Shown: positions 10,339 to 19,091, counted from the stretch's first letter. The stretch is 64,000 bases of DNA from Methanobacteriota archaeon (GCA_016845345.1 JAERSV010000085.1:17832-81831), one strand, 5' to 3'. Made by a program: numbers and translations. Notes: generated by a model not told the origin, from the letters alone.

Positions 10339-10503
10339 CTGAGAGGGGCTGTCGCCCCTCGTCAGAGCTCTCCCCATGCCGATTCAATCTAATTACAACT
10401 AAGCGCAGCGTATCTCTGCTTCTGAGAGGGGCTGTCGCCCCTCGTCAGAGCTCTCCCCATGTCGATTCAATCTAATTACAACTAAGCGCAGCGTCTCTCT
10501 GCT
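10339..10503 (+). repeat. Tandem direct repeat, 2 copies of an 82-nt unit (period 83), each carrying a strong hairpin
   Basis: 10339-10420 versus 10422-10503 differ at 2 positions (10379/10462 C/T and 10412/10495 A/C). Each copy starts with GAGGGGC-TGTC-GCCCCTC (10343-10360 and 10426-10443), extendable to CTGA...TCAG. The period is not a multiple of 3 and there is no ORF. Confidence 0.9.
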
Positions 10504-10677
10504 CAATTGTGTCTCGGCCTTTAGGCCTCGACATTCATTCAATGGAAGATTTGGCAAGCCAAATCGATTTCACATTGTTCGCATTTCAACGTAGTCGCAG
10601 AGATGACTCGCTGTGATTACTGGCCCTTCGGGAAGAATCAACTATCTTGAACTGAAATTTCACAAAACACAATTGGT

Positions 10678-10765
10678 AACGAGCAAAAACGGGTAATACA
10701 CAGTGGCCCCATGCAACTTCTGCTAATACGAGCAAAAAACGGGTAATACAAAGTGGGCCCATACA
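10678..10765 (-). repeat. Tandem imperfect repeat (about 38-nt units at 10678-10715 and 10727-10765) carrying oligo-T tracts in the sense of the GINS-like gene; likely terminator modules
   Basis: The plus-strand unit is ACGAGCAAAAA(A)CGGGTAATACA.AGTGG.CCCAT.CAA, present twice with 3 mismatches and 1 indel. On the minus strand this reads CCCGTTTTT(T)GCTCG. The first T-tract (10733-10738) lies 40 nt past the stop at 10778. Confidence 0.6.
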
Positions 10766-10777
10766 ATGATTTAGGGC

Positions 10778-11713
10778 TTAGATGGAAGCATCTTCTGCGA
10801 AACCTGCTGCAATCAATCCAGTTGCAAAGTCAGCCTCGCAAAATTCAACATCACCTTGCATCAATTCTAACTCGTTACCATTCGAATCCATAATTGATGT
10901 TGGTAAGTCCGTTAACATCTTGATACGAATCATGCCTTCACTAGCCGAATCAGATGATTCTTCAGTTTTTTCTGCCGACACGCCTTCTGTAGAATGTGAA
11001 TCTTGTTCAATTGTAACATCAGGCTTTACCATCCCAGAAGTCGGATAGGCACTCATCTTGGCAATTCTGTGTTCTTCATCCTCATCAGGGTCTTCATATG
11101 GTTGAGATTCAACTTTTTTGACAACGACCTTTGGAGGACCTTGTCCTGTAATCCCCCCTTCATCTTTGACAAAGGAGTCTAACTGTACTGTACCTTGCTT
11201 CACGATTGGGCTTTGCTCGGTTTCCCCCACCAATCCTTTTTGCAAAACATTCCATGAAACGTGGTGTTTGTACTTCTCTATTAGTGAATTCAGACCCTCG
11301 TAAAACGCTCTCTCAGCGGCATCATGCCTCTGCCAATCAAGTGGATTGAGTGGACTTTTTTCTTCTCCAAGAACATCCCCATAAGGAGCAGATGCTAGAT
11401 TATTGGTGGATGCGTGTCTAACAAAAGCGGTCAATCGGTGTTGGGTTAGATCAGCAACAGACCTTCTGACATTCCCTTGACGACGGCTGAGATTTTGGGC
11501 TTTAACACTCCAACCTTCGGATTTTCCGACCTCAGCCAGTTCAATATCGATGTTTGCAAGAAGAGTTGAAACCTGTGCCCAAAAATCAGGTCTAGGTAAT
11601 TCAATTGGATGATTTTGTTTGGCTTGTTGCCTTACTAAACTGAACAATTGGTTTTCAATCGCTTGCAATTGTGCCGTGCTAACTCGAGTAGATTCACCCA
11701 CCTCGCCGCTCAT
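10778..11713 (-). CDS. GINS-like DNA replication complex subunit (Gins51/15-type) with a long acidic linker
   Basis: The N-terminal helical part (LQAIENQLFSLVRQ..LPRPDFWAQV....DLTQHRLTAFVRHA) and the C-terminal small domain (IRIKMLTDLPTSIMDSNGNELELMQGDVEFCEADFATGLIAAGFAE) match the A-domain/B-domain pattern of archaeal GINS by eye. An acidic/Ser-rich linker of roughly 110 aa separates them. No search was run. Confidence 0.5.
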   Translation of the reverse strand: MSGEVGESTRVSTAQLQAIENQLFSLVRQQAKQNHPIELPRPDFWAQVSTLLANIDIELAEVGKSEGWSVKAQNLSRRQGNVRRSVADLTQHRLTAFVRHASTNNLASAPYGDVLGEEKSPLNPLDWQRHDAAERAFYEGLNSLIEKYKHHVSWNVLQKGLVGETEQSPIVKQGTVQLDSFVKDEGGITGQGPPKVVVKKVESQPYEDPDEDEEHRIAKMSAYPTSGMVKPDVTIEQDSHSTEGVSAEKTEESSDSASEGMIRIKMLTDLPTSIMDSNGNELELMQGDVEFCEADFATGLIAAGFAEDASI

Positions 11714-11837
11714 TTCAACTCGCCCGATATCCCTCTGCTCGAAGGCATCCTAAGAATGCTTCACTCTAATTCATCCCACAATTTCGATAACTCAGTCATG
11801 GTTGGAGAGAGTTCAAACGAAGTGAGCACACCCAGTT

Positions 11838-14800
11838 ATGTGCAGAGGCGGAGCCATGGAGGGTAATTCAGATACAAGGAGAGCCTATCTTCTTGCCCTG
11901 TTACTCATCATCATGCCAATGGCAGGCTTAGTTTCCGCTAACCAAACTATGTGGGTTGGCCCAAGTGTTGTTTCGTCGCCTTCCGGTGGTGGTAATGTTA
12001 CCGTTACTGGATTCCAAGTTCCACAGGGTGAAGAAGTGATTGATGCTTGGTTAGAAGTTAGTGAAGACGGTATGAGTGACCTTGGTACTGGCGTTGAATG
12101 GGTTGAGGATGCAAATGGTAAACTCAACTTTAGTTGGGGGCTTTGGAATTCAACAACAGCAGATTTCTTTGATGGTGCACTAAGTCTGGATGCAAACCAT
12201 TCGGTTGGCAGAATTAATGACTTTGAAACCTTGAAGCGCATAGTTCAAAATTGGCAATATGGTGGTACACCTGGTGTTTGGGAAATTAGCGATATGTTGG
12301 GAATTGCAGGTCCTATCAATGGTTCAGGCCGTGAATCCAGTGGTGGCTTGATTCCGATCGGAGGAGTCACGGGACGGTATATCATCGCCACTTCGGATGA
12401 CCAAGCACTTCCAAATGGAGTTCACAGTTGGATGGAATCTCCAGACTTTTATGTTCCAAATGTAATCAATAATTTCAATCTCACTTTCTCATATTGGCAA
12501 CATATGTACACGCCAAGCGCAGTTAACGGAAATGCTGATGGCGCTTGGGTTGAGATGAGCATTGATGGCGGTGCGAATTGGGATTACATCACTCCTCAGG
12601 GCGGCTACAATAATCGTATTAATTCAGCCGCCCCGTCACCAAATGGGAGTGGCGGTTCAAATTTTGAAGTCTGGGCATCACCTAATGCAACCGGATGGCA
12701 ACAAGCAAATTTCAACCTCGATAATTTTCCTGGAATTTCTAATGCTAGTAATGTCCGCTTCCGTTTCGTTGTCTGGACTGATGTCAACTCAACAGTCCAA
12801 AGACCTGGAATGTTTCTTGACAATGTGAATCTTACCAATTCGGGAGCCGAATTTGGTTCATGGTTCCATGGTAATCTATCAACTTACTATGCTGATGGGG
12901 CCAATTCTTTCCTGTCATTTGAGGCAAATCTATCAAATGCTAGCGGCCCAATAATGCTGGATTATGCGGTAGATTTTGATATGGAAGGAGATATCTATGA
13001 TAATTTCAACTGGGAGTGGTCACTCAACAATTTGACGTGGACTTCCTTCTCTCCTCAGATGCCATCCTTCGGAGTTCTTATTGGTGGGCAAATGTATGTG
13101 GATGACTCAAGAGGCTGGAAACCTCTTTCTCATCCGTTGCCTCAATCACTTGCCGGTAATTCCTCAGTCTACATCCGCGTTTACCTCGAAACAGATTCTT
13201 TCCCAGGCTCAGGTTTTGGTGGTACAACTCTAGACCCTCCAGAAGGGTTGTTTATTGATGATGTACGGATATCGTCGGGCACGACGGGTAATCAGACAAC
13301 ACACCTCTACCTTAATTTCACAGATGTCAATAATGGAAATCTAACTCACGGAAACATCGGCACAGGGTTAGACGAGTGGCAACACCTAACCTCACATGGG
13401 GTAAATGGGCCATCTTACCAATTAGATTCTTTTGAGAATTCACCTCTACTTCCAGAAGGTTGGGAAATTGATACTGCAAGGGGCACAGGCTGGGAATTCC
13501 GCGCCCATAACAACACGTGGGTGTACGGTCCAGATACTCCAGATTATGGTTCTTATTACGCTGGAATTGTCTTTTCAGATACATATCAACCGAATACTTG
13601 GACGCATTTGATTTCCCCTGATTTGGTAATTCCTGCTGGTAGCCATGCGCGAATTTCATTCAAGCAATTCGCATGTGCTGAACCTGGTTGGGATGGTGGA
13701 GTTGTTTACATTTCAACAGATGATGGTCGTACTTGGATTCCTTATGGGCAGAATGAACCAGATTTCTATGATACTCAACAGACCCAGAATCCAAATTCTG
13801 ACATCTACAACTTGTGGGCAATGGACGGCAGTAATGCAAAGCCCACCTGTTATGGACAGAGTGGTCCTAGTAATAACAAATCATGGGTTACTAAGGAGGC
13901 TGATGTCAGCCAATATGGTGGCCAATCAATAAAATTACGATTTTCGTTTTATTCCGACCCGTTATTGGAAGCGGATGGATGGTATCTCGATGATGTCGGC
14001 CTCTATGTTGACTGGTTTGAGGAATATGGGACTTGGATTTCCGACCCAATTTACCCGCAAGATTTTCTTGGCTTGGACGCCTTAGAAATTGATGCAGATG
14101 TTCCGAATGGAACTTGGGTAAAAGCCACAATCCTTACAGAAATGGATTCGTTTTGGGAGATTCCGTGGAAGAATATGTCACTTCCTGCAACCTTGCTTGG
14201 GCTTGAGGGAGATTTGGTTGTCAACCAAACTAGGCCAATCCAAATTAAGTTAGAGATGGGAACTTCAATTCCCCAGATCACTCCACAAATCCACGGGCTC
14301 TATCTCGGTGCAACCCGCATATTGAATCCCAAGAATCTGCCGGCTGCCGGATGGACAACAGACCCAAGTTTAGATGTTAATGAGACTAGAGGTAATATCA
14401 CCAACCCAACTCTTGCAACTCTATTCATTGACTCAGTGCCTCTCATCCCAACTCACCCAATCCGTGCTTTAGCGGTCTCGGGTTATGGGGCGGGTGTACT
14501 CCTCACATTCCGCGATGAGGCTGGCGCGGTGATTCACACTGGTGTACTAGCCAATAACACAGTGCAGACGACTACACCTTTTGCATGGTATGATGTCGAG
14601 GTTGCGATTCAACCGGGAGGCTGGTTAAAAAATCTCAAAATCCAAGGTTTACTTTCGTCGCCAGCGGTTGGCGCTTCAGTGGATGTTGGGGACGATGGAC
14701 AAGTTGAGTGGCAGTGGCCGGGATACACTACTTGGGGAGGATTAGGCTGGCAAACCCAAACATGTCCAATGCCAATTTCTTACATTTGTTTTCCTGTGTT

Positions 14801-17800
14801 CCCTTCCGATGGTACTTCTCAACAACAACAACAAGGACAAGGATATCCACGGTATAATAATGGTACAAGTTCAAGGTCACAATTTTTGATAGGTGGTGAT
14901 TCAACGATAGGGATGAATGCCTCTATTTCTTTCCTGACACCCACTAATGCGACTATACTCGGAGCTACTTTCAAGGTTGTACTTTTCAATGAGACTTTTG
15001 GGGATGCTCCTGCTAATACGACGGTAGAGATTAGTACATATAACACAACCATTGCTACATTCAATAATGCAAATTCAGAGGGCTATTTTCATCTTAACCC
15101 AATTCAAATTTCTTCACTCAATCAAACCACTTTTACTACTGAGCAAAACCAAACAGTGCGTAATTGGACATCAAATGCTATTGAAGTTGAAATTTTAATT
15201 GGGGGTCCAATTTCGGATTATGCCATAGCCCATATTAGTTTATTATCGATTGAGTATTTGCTGACTGAGAATGTCACCGGGCTCGGCCCTCTCATAGCAA
15301 CACAGGTCAACTCTTCTCAACCTAGTAACGGCACATACAATATTCCAACCTCGGTTGGAGCATGGCAAGGTGGTGTAGGTCTTTGGGGTGGGGTTGAGCA
15401 CGCCCCTCTATTGATGAACGAGGTGGTATCCGTTCCTGAAACTTGGCTTCCTGACCGTCCAACACCCATCACCACGGAGCTGACTCACTTATTTGCCCGT
15501 GACCAATTAGCAACTGCAAATCTAACATTGACGGGCCCATCCGGTGAGTTGATTTCTTTCTCAATATCTAATCTCACAGGCACTCCATCCTTTACCCAGG
15601 TGGGAGGCGCAAATCAAGTGTACCTCAACTCAACAGCGAGCACAATAACCCCAATCGAAAAAGGTTGGCAAATTGAATGGCATCTGCAAACCCAGTGGGG
15701 CTGGGATGATGTTGATTGGCTAGATGTTGCCGCCGATTCTTGGGCAGTTAGTGGAGTCAACCTTGCTGATGATGTTGTAAGAATCGGAATGGGCTCAAAA
15801 GCAATTGAAAATGATATGGAAATTGATGCGTGGGAAGTTAGGAACCAAGATGGCAACCTACTCTCAACCCGCGGTTCTCCCGCTTACCCATTTGAAATCG
15901 CTACGGGATCTATTGTTGATGTATCTGGCAAAGTCAGATTTGAAGACTCAAGTATGCGACCTTCTAATGATAATTTTCAAGTCACAATCCAATCTGAACA
16001 TATTGACGGTACAACCCAAGTTGTTGCCTCAAGTGGCACCAATGGACAGTGGACCGCTAGCGTTGTTTTAGGGCAAGCAAGCGGAGCAGTCAATCTCACA
16101 GCATGGATTCTCCGGCCCGGACCAACAGGCGTTTCACTGAATGGGGCAACAGATGTTACTGTTGATAGGACTCCTGTTACTCTAATTATTGATTCCAACC
16201 CACCTACTCTTGGCCCATTGTTGGCCTACACACCAAGTGGCCTAAGACCGGCGGATGGCAATGTTTGGCCAGAGGATAGACCTCTGCCACTATCAGTAGA
16301 AATCACAGAGATAGAAGCCCTTGGTGGGCCGTTGCTGCTACACTCATGGCGAGAAGGAATAGACGATGTAAATCAAGATGGAATCGCTGACGAATTTGAA
16401 TACGCGATTTCCCGAGAAATCACTCCAATGAAAGCAAATGGCACTGTTAGGGTTGACTTTCCAAGCCTAGATTTGGTAGCAAATGGGGAACTTGGTAAGG
16501 TTTCACTTTACATTACTGGGACTGACCTAGCAGGGCATCCCGTGCTCAATGGTGGGGCTGCTGGCATTGACAATGATATGGCAACGCTGGTGACTCAGGA
16601 TGACTTGCCGACAACAATTTCACAACCCTCAATGGCTCTTGATAGGTGGGGTGATAATCTACTGGTTGGCCAAATTCATGAATTCTCATTTTCAATTACG
16701 GATGATAATGGAATTGGCTCCATTGACAACATCTTAATTTCTTTAGCATCTGGAGATTCTAAAGGCAACATCTGGCTTGACCCTCTCTCAAGAGAGATAT
16801 CTGTAAATGATAATTCTCCAATAACCCCTGTTGGATTAGTTATCGAAGAATTAGCCGCTGGTTCTTACAAGGTAAAAATTCAGTTCCGATTGGGTGTGGA
16901 CTCACCTCAATCATGGAACACTACAACCCAAAAGCCCAGTGTAATAGTAACGGAGCATGGTCAAGAACTAGAACTTGGAAGTAATTCACTTTCTCATCTT
17001 GAATGGACAGTTGATGGGCGTGTCAATCTGATGTTGTTAAGCGCTGATGACCTTTCACCACCTCATAGTGAATTAATTGGCAACACCCTCTATCTTCAAC
17101 CCAATGATAGATTCAATTTTTCAGGTCAATTACAACATCCAGCAAATGGATTAAATGTGATACTGGATGGTGATTGGCAAGTCAATTTTAGTATGGATGA
17201 TAAGGAAAATGATGCTGAATATTGGAATACAATACTTTCCGATTCATCGTCATTTACGGCTTCTTCTGAAATTCCAAAAGCGAGGTGGAATCGCGGCTGG
17301 GCAAGGGTACAAGCTACAATAGTCGGAGGTGTTCAAACTATTCCAATTACCGATATGGAACTTCATATCATTATTGATTCAACCCCGCCTCAATTGGATT
17401 TCCCTGTAACTACACTTAGTACCATCAACTCAAATCAGATGATGCAACAATTAGTGACTGTGAGAGTAAACGAAGCAGGAGGAATGGGGCAAAATTCTCT
17501 GGAGTTGTATTGGTCTTTTAGAAGGCATGGCGTGGAAATTTCCAATATGAATGGGGTTTCAGAATTACCTTTAGCAACTGAGGCCGAAGGTTTGTGGACA
17601 TATTCAACAAGAATCGATTTTGACGTCAATTCTGATCTTCTTCTCCCGGGGGATGATTTGGTTATTTGGGTAGTTGGGGCTGACTTAGCTGGCCACCCAT
17701 TAGAAGGAGTAGGTACTGAAGGAAATAGTAGAATGACTCAATTACGTGTCATATATTTCCAGCCGGTACTTTCGGAACTAACTGTAAATCCATATCAGCC

Positions 17801-18320
17801 GACCATTGAATCAGTATTCACAATTGATGGCAGAGTTTTGAACGAAGGTAATGATTTGGGTGTTGTCAAAGTCGGATTATGGGCTTGGCAATCAGGTGGT
17901 GGAGGGCGTTACCTCGTGCTCAATGAAACAAATTTGACTCTTTTACCTCAACAACATGCGTTTTTCACGTTCTCCCAAGAGGCTTGGACTTCTGGTGATT
18001 TGCAATTATATATCGCAATTAATGATGATGAAACGAACCTCACAAGTGTTCCAGTTGGACTTGTTCGTGAGCAATCTGCATCCGAGATTTTTTGGCAGAC
18101 TTTAGATTCCCCTGCTGCGATTGGTCTAATGATTTTACTAATTTCAGTATTGTTAATGGTGGTCGGTGCAGGGCTTAGGCGTACTGATGAAGAATGGGAT
18201 GAGATGGAAGATGAAGTTGTCCCACCTCCGCCACCATGGGCACCAGATGAATGGCCAGAAGGTGCTGGCCCTCCACCTGAAATCCTGACACAGAGTTCAT
18301 CACACCTTGAGGAAGAATGA
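11838..18320 (+). CDS. Giant (2160 aa) membrane-anchored surface glycoprotein / adhesin-like protein
   Basis: The N-terminal signal is RRAYLLALLLIIMPMAGLVSANQ. A single C-terminal TM (AAIGLMILLISVLLMVVGAGLRR) is followed by an acidic/proline-rich tail. I counted about 50 N-x-S/T sequons by hand. Two jelly-roll/MAM-like blocks are present (..AWVEMSIDGGANWDYI.. and ..GGVVYISTDDGRTWIPY...GWYLDDVGLYV). An alternative start is ATG 11856. Confidence 0.85.
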   Translation: MCRGGAMEGNSDTRRAYLLALLLIIMPMAGLVSANQTMWVGPSVVSSPSGGGNVTVTGFQVPQGEEVIDAWLEVSEDGMSDLGTGVEWVEDANGKLNFSWGLWNSTTADFFDGALSLDANHSVGRINDFETLKRIVQNWQYGGTPGVWEISDMLGIAGPINGSGRESSGGLIPIGGVTGRYIIATSDDQALPNGVHSWMESPDFYVPNVINNFNLTFSYWQHMYTPSAVNGNADGAWVEMSIDGGANWDYITPQGGYNNRINSAAPSPNGSGGSNFEVWASPNATGWQQANFNLDNFPGISNASNVRFRFVVWTDVNSTVQRPGMFLDNVNLTNSGAEFGSWFHGNLSTYYADGANSFLSFEANLSNASGPIMLDYAVDFDMEGDIYDNFNWEWSLNNLTWTSFSPQMPSFGVLIGGQMYVDDSRGWKPLSHPLPQSLAGNSSVYIRVYLETDSFPGSGFGGTTLDPPEGLFIDDVRISSGTTGNQTTHLYLNFTDVNNGNLTHGNIGTGLDEWQHLTSHGVNGPSYQLDSFENSPLLPEGWEIDTARGTGWEFRAHNNTWVYGPDTPDYGSYYAGIVFSDTYQPNTWTHLISPDLVIPAGSHARISFKQFACAEPGWDGGVVYISTDDGRTWIPYGQNEPDFYDTQQTQNPNSDIYNLWAMDGSNAKPTCYGQSGPSNNKSWVTKEADVSQYGGQSIKLRFSFYSDPLLEADGWYLDDVGLYVDWFEEYGTWISDPIYPQDFLGLDALEIDADVPNGTWVKATILTEMDSFWEIPWKNMSLPATLLGLEGDLVVNQTRPIQIKLEMGTSIPQITPQIHGLYLGATRILNPKNLPAAGWTTDPSLDVNETRGNITNPTLATLFIDSVPLIPTHPIRALAVSGYGAGVLLTFRDEAGAVIHTGVLANNTVQTTTPFAWYDVEVAIQPGGWLKNLKIQGLLSSPAVGASVDVGDDGQVEWQWPGYTTWGGLGWQTQTCPMPISYICFPVFPSDGTSQQQQQGQGYPRYNNGTSSRSQFLIGGDSTIGMNASISFLTPTNATILGATFKVVLFNETFGDAPANTTVEISTYNTTIATFNNANSEGYFHLNPIQISSLNQTTFTTEQNQTVRNWTSNAIEVEILIGGPISDYAIAHISLLSIEYLLTENVTGLGPLIATQVNSSQPSNGTYNIPTSVGAWQGGVGLWGGVEHAPLLMNEVVSVPETWLPDRPTPITTELTHLFARDQLATANLTLTGPSGELISFSISNLTGTPSFTQVGGANQVYLNSTASTITPIEKGWQIEWHLQTQWGWDDVDWLDVAADSWAVSGVNLADDVVRIGMGSKAIENDMEIDAWEVRNQDGNLLSTRGSPAYPFEIATGSIVDVSGKVRFEDSSMRPSNDNFQVTIQSEHIDGTTQVVASSGTNGQWTASVVLGQASGAVNLTAWILRPGPTGVSLNGATDVTVDRTPVTLIIDSNPPTLGPLLAYTPSGLRPADGNVWPEDRPLPLSVEITEIEALGGPLLLHSWREGIDDVNQDGIADEFEYAISREITPMKANGTVRVDFPSLDLVANGELGKVSLYITGTDLAGHPVLNGGAAGIDNDMATLVTQDDLPTTISQPSMALDRWGDNLLVGQIHEFSFSITDDNGIGSIDNILISLASGDSKGNIWLDPLSREISVNDNSPITPVGLVIEELAAGSYKVKIQFRLGVDSPQSWNTTTQKPSVIVTEHGQELELGSNSLSHLEWTVDGRVNLMLLSADDLSPPHSELIGNTLYLQPNDRFNFSGQLQHPANGLNVILDGDWQVNFSMDDKENDAEYWNTILSDSSSFTASSEIPKARWNRGWARVQATIVGGVQTIPITDMELHIIIDSTPPQLDFPVTTLSTINSNQMMQQLVTVRVNEAGGMGQNSLELYWSFRRHGVEISNMNGVSELPLATEAEGLWTYSTRIDFDVNSDLLLPGDDLVIWVVGADLAGHPLEGVGTEGNSRMTQLRVIYFQPVLSELTVNPYQPTIESVFTIDGRVLNEGNDLGVVKVGLWAWQSGGGGRYLVLNETNLTLLPQQHAFFTFSQEAWTSGDLQLYIAINDDETNLTSVPVGLVREQSASEIFWQTLDSPAAIGLMILLISVLLMVVGAGLRRTDEEWDEMEDEVVPPPPPWAPDEWPEGAGPPPEILTQSSSHLEEE

Positions 18321-18362
18321 CAGAGGGAAGCATATACCGAGTTGCAATACAAGGTGGCCTCT

Positions 18363-18452
18363 TCTCGCCGCGGGCGCAGCGGCGAGAGAATTTGCGGCTT
18401 CGCCGCGCTGAGTTTGATAAACCCGATTTCAATTCCCCGAGGCCCTTTTTTG
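18363..18452 (+). terminator. Hairpin plus T6 tract downstream of the giant gene
   Basis: A 9-bp perfect stem TCTCGCCGC / GCGGCGAGA (18363-18371 and 18379-18387) has a 7-nt loop. It is followed by GCGGC-TTC-GCCGC and a T6 run at 18447-18452. Oligo-T is the usual archaeal termination signal. Confidence 0.45.
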
Positions 18453-18489
18453 GTTGCTTGATATCGGATTATCATTACGGCTTTGACCG

Positions 18490-18497
18490 TATAATTG
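18490..18497 (+). promoter_or_regulatory. Candidate TATA box for tRNA-Leu
   Basis: TATAATTG is centred about 36 nt upstream of the mature tRNA 5' end. This is compatible with an archaeal TATA at about -27 plus a short leader. Confidence 0.3.
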
Positions 18498-18528
18498 AAG
18501 GTGGATTGGCTTCCCCATCAACTTACAC

Positions 18529-18610
18529 GCAGGGGTACCCGAGCGGTCAAAGGGGGTGGGCTCAAGATCCACTGCTTAGTGCTTCGCAGGTTCGAATCCT
18601 GCTCCCTGCA
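18529..18610 (+). tRNA. tRNA-Leu (anticodon CAA), class II with long variable arm; CCA not encoded
   Basis: Hand-folded. Acceptor GCAGGGG/TCCCTGC has one G-U pair, plus discriminator A. The anticodon stem is GTGGG/TCCAC with loop CTCAAGA (CAA at 34-36). The long variable arm is TGCTTAGTGCTTC. The T arm is GCAGG-TTCGAAT-CCTGC. Confidence 0.9.
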
Positions 18611-18939
18611 CTTTGATTCCAACTGATTCCGTTGTGCAGGGAGCGCGTAATGCTGAGCCGAACCTGCTTCGCAGTGCTTCAGGTTGCTGCGCAACCTTCG
18701 CATCCCCGACCTTCCCTTCGCAGTTCACCGCAGGAAACGGTCCAGGTCGAGGACTTCGAATCCTGCTCCCTGCATCAAACTGAATCCAGAGCAGGATTCG
18801 AACTCCGCGCGAACTGAACAAATGAAATCGCCTCGGCCGTTCGCGCTGGAGTTTGACGCTAGACTGACCGAAGGGAAGGAAGCGTCAGACCGTTTGAAAT
18901 CCTGCTCCCTGAACTATGATGCCAACTGATTCCGTCGTG
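18611..18939. repeat. Cluster of direct and inverted fragments of the tRNA-Leu 3' end (non-functional)
   Basis: An exact 20-mer TTCGAATCCTGCTCCCTGCA occurs at 18591-18610 (in the tRNA) and again at 18755-18774. A 14-mer AATCCTGCTCCCTG occurs at 18898-18911. Inverted copies are at 18635-18644 (TGCAGGGAGC) and 18790-18803 (AGCAGGATTCGAAC). Degenerate CTTCGCA(G) pieces are at 18667, 18696 and 18716. A roughly 47-nt direct repeat (tRNA end plus 28 nt of trailer, 4 mismatches) lies at 18591-18636 versus 18893-18939. Confidence 0.85.
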
Positions 18940-19091
18940 AATCAATTTTCCACTAAATGATTATTCACGAGGGATGCAAAGCATAGCAAATTTTTCAATA
19001 TAAAAATCATTTTTCCAATTGCAAATTCAATAGAGCGCCACCCACCCTGATTAAGGCACACATTCAAACAGGGGACCCAAGAGGTCGGGCT

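Noticed and set aside
10339-10503. Possibility that the 83-nt tandem repeat is a mini CRISPR array
   Set aside because: There are only two directly abutting copies with no spacer between them. The unit length (82-83 nt) is far above CRISPR repeat size, and no cas genes are present in the window.
17948-18475. 175-aa and 85-aa minus-strand ORFs over the 3' end of the giant gene
   Set aside because: They are antisense to the proline/acidic tail coding region and to the GC-rich terminator hairpins. They are compositional artefacts.
18636-18775. A second, intron-containing or split tRNA (sequence starts GCAGGGA and ends TCCCTGCA, a perfect acceptor pairing)
   Set aside because: I could not fold a D arm or an anticodon arm. 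The five bases before TTCGAAT (AGGAC) do not pair with CCTGC, so there is no T stem. The interior is better explained as decayed copies of the tRNA-Leu 3' half. The minus-strand candidate around 18787-18860 also lacks a T stem.
18317-18929. Five overlapping 61-99-aa ORFs in the tRNA/scar region
   Set aside because: They run across the tRNA gene and its repeated fragments on both strands. There is no coding signal, and the repeats explain the open frames.
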